A DNA stretch of 62,346 nt, the filler included, from Rhabdomonas costata (Eukaryota), in NCBI GenBank assembly GCA_019059605.1. It is 32 parts of 32 records of this genome, joined end to end, with 100 filler letters (N's around TTAATTAATTAA, not from the genome) between each part and the next. Parts side by side here need not be neighbours in the genome. Positions count along the whole stretch, not along the records: positions 60,497 to 62,346 come from JAHMHO010008222.1; 31 more parts are not named here. One strand, 5' to 3'. A program made the position numbers and the translations under genes. Below are positions 60,585 to 62,346 of this stretch, piece after piece. Under the pieces are notes generated by a model, which worked only from the letters and a program-made list of their open reading frames with translations, had not been told where the DNA came from and searched no databases. Each line of letters begins with the position of its first letter. Position 1 is the first letter of the stretch.

Positions 60585-62346
60585 GTCTGGGCAAGCATCT
60601 GATGGTACTGTTGGAGCTCGTGGCGCGCAAGCAAAACTTCTCTAACATCGTGCTCACAACTTTCACGGCGAATGCCAGCGCCGTGCGATTCTTCCGCAAC
60701 AAAGTTAAGGTGCGTATGGTCATGACGCTCTCCATTGCGCAATGTGCGCAGTTTTGTCCGAAACTATGACCGACAGTGGCGTTCAGAATACATTATCACT
60801 CGAGGTGTGATATTCTCTGTCTCGGACACAAGGAGTTTGCAACAGCCTTCATTCCAGCAGAGTGGCGCTGCTTCTTAATAAACGCGGCCCGCTCTGAGCA
60901 AGTGCGTTTTCTGACTTTGGCTCCTTTTTCTTGAAGGCTCCTTTTTCTCCTTTTTTTCGACTTCGCTGCATTTCAGGGGTCTCTGGATGCATTCTCTTGA
61001 CTTTTGTTGGGAGTCTAACGCTACTAGCGTATTATCTGTCGGAATTATTCGAATCCGCGGTTCCGAATCTGTCTGAAATTATGATTCTGTCGGAAATCCG
61101 GACCTCCGATCGTTCCCACGTTACGGGAACACCATTAGCGAAGGAACGAGCACCTTAGCATGACATACAGCAGCATTACCACCGCTGTGGCTATGCCACC
61201 AACACCACTGGCAGTGAGATGCGTCAGTGCTAATACCACTACCATGCTACCTTAGCGTAGGGTATAGCTAGCATCACCACTGCACCACATCCTCGGTGGG
61301 TTGGCTGGTGCTACCACTCTGGGTTAGCGTACCACCACCAGCAGCAGCATTGGCGTAGGTTTGGTTCGTTCACCAGTGGCATTGCACCACTAACTACCAC
61401 CCACTACTACCATACACCATACTATAATGGGGTTAGGCATCTCATGCGCGCTACCACCATGTTGTCTTCCAAAATCCCAACTCAGCCCCAAAACATCCCC
61501 ACAGACACACAAGACCACTACCAGCCAAAATCACCAACGACCCCAAAACCAAAAGTGAGGTGAGAAATCCAACACACTGATCCCAAATATTAGCACCAAC
61601 TCAAATCCACAAAATTCAACAATGCGAACCCAGAAAATCAAAATTCTAAATGTGAGAAATCCAGCACCCAGATACCATAGCTACCTTAAACTACAAACAC
61701 CCCTTACAACCACTCCACCACAAACCCCCAGCAACGAAAATGCCAACTTCAAGAATTCACCACCTCAACATCCACATATCCACTCAGCACTAACAAATCA
61801 CCCACAACATGAAACCACCCAACTCAAATTCCGAACAAAAAGAAAAGTGAAGAAAAATGAAGAAATCCGAACCCTGAGAATCCTGATTCCTACCCTTACA
61901 CTCGCAATCCCGCTCTCAGCCCCAAACAACCCAACCAAAATTAAGAACAAAAAAATCAAAAAATGTGAGAATTTAATGTTGTTAAAGCCCACCAACATCC
62001 AAACCTCCATCCTAAGCCCAATTCTACCACTCAAGGCTACTCAAATCACCAGGGGAACGAATACGCGACTTTTTCATGGATCATACGCGGATCCGTTCGC
62101 GTTAATTGGTTACCAAGAGTACTGGAGTGGGCCGGATTGCTTATTTTACATGGGAGCTTTGGACTATTGGCTTAACCGGTGAAAAATTGATGGCACTGCA
62201 CCGCTCCCTGTCTTCCAATCACTGAGTGCGGGTGTGTGCCCTCCCTTTCCCTCTACCAGTTTGTGGAGGACGTGTCCAACCCCCAGGACTCGGCCATCGA
62301 CTTGGGCTTCCTTATTATGGGCAAAGAACTCAACCCCGCCAATCCG
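60585..62346 (+). CDS. NAA40: N-alpha-acetyltransferase 40 (NatD)-like GNAT, 2 exons
   Basis: Exon ~60585-60709 (GLGKHLMVLLELVARKQNFSNIVLTTFTANASAVRFFRNKVK|GTGCGT) joins in phase 0 to 62260-end (FVEDVSNPQDSAIDLGFLIMGKEL). Confidence 0.75.
61140..62050. mobile_element. Intronic copy of the C/A-rich repeat family
   Basis: Lies inside the NAA40 intron (60710-62259). 61378-61458 is homologous to 41011-41088 and is followed by a G-poor tract, as in the 40990-42840 contig. Boundaries are approximate. Confidence 0.55.

Noticed and set aside
1..62346. rRNA, tRNA, snRNA or SL RNA genes
   Set aside because: None recognised by eye. A covariance-model search is needed to exclude them.

Overview
This window is not one locus. 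It is 32 unrelated ~1.85-kb contigs joined by 31 artificial 100-nt spacers (N44-TTAATTAATTAA-N44). The DNA is nuclear DNA of an intron-rich eukaryote with mostly 70-200-nt GC-rich exons, GT-AG introns, many microsatellites and the standard code. Most ORF-track entries are therefore spurious or partial exons. G/T-only contig starts and C/A-only ends suggest whole-genome amplification, so chimeras are possible. Gene fragments rebuilt by hand from phase-compatible exons: VOC/glyoxalase, PDI-like, TMEM19/DUF92, SNF8/Vps22, a type II membrane glycosyltransferase-like protein, an SLC25 carrier, an intronless Kelch-coiled-coil protein, a mitochondrion-targeted unknown, a fucosyltransferase-like protein, a LIVBP-type receptor ectodomain, two class III cyclase fragments, a Cys-rich surface protein, aspartate aminotransferase, an ArfGAP-like C-terminus, MOSC/mARC, VPS13-like, RING finger, oligopeptidase B and NAA40. 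Receptor cyclases, odd donor sites and unpaired acceptors upstream of start codons point to a euglenozoan-like protist (inference). The best leads are the atypical 5' splice-site usage, candidate trans-splice acceptors, a possible non-conventional intron end, a Kelch array with a hypervariable position, a decayed tyrosine-recombinase repeat family, a 70-nt structured insert between 15-bp direct repeats, and degenerate cyclases. No complete novel system can be shown from such short fragments.
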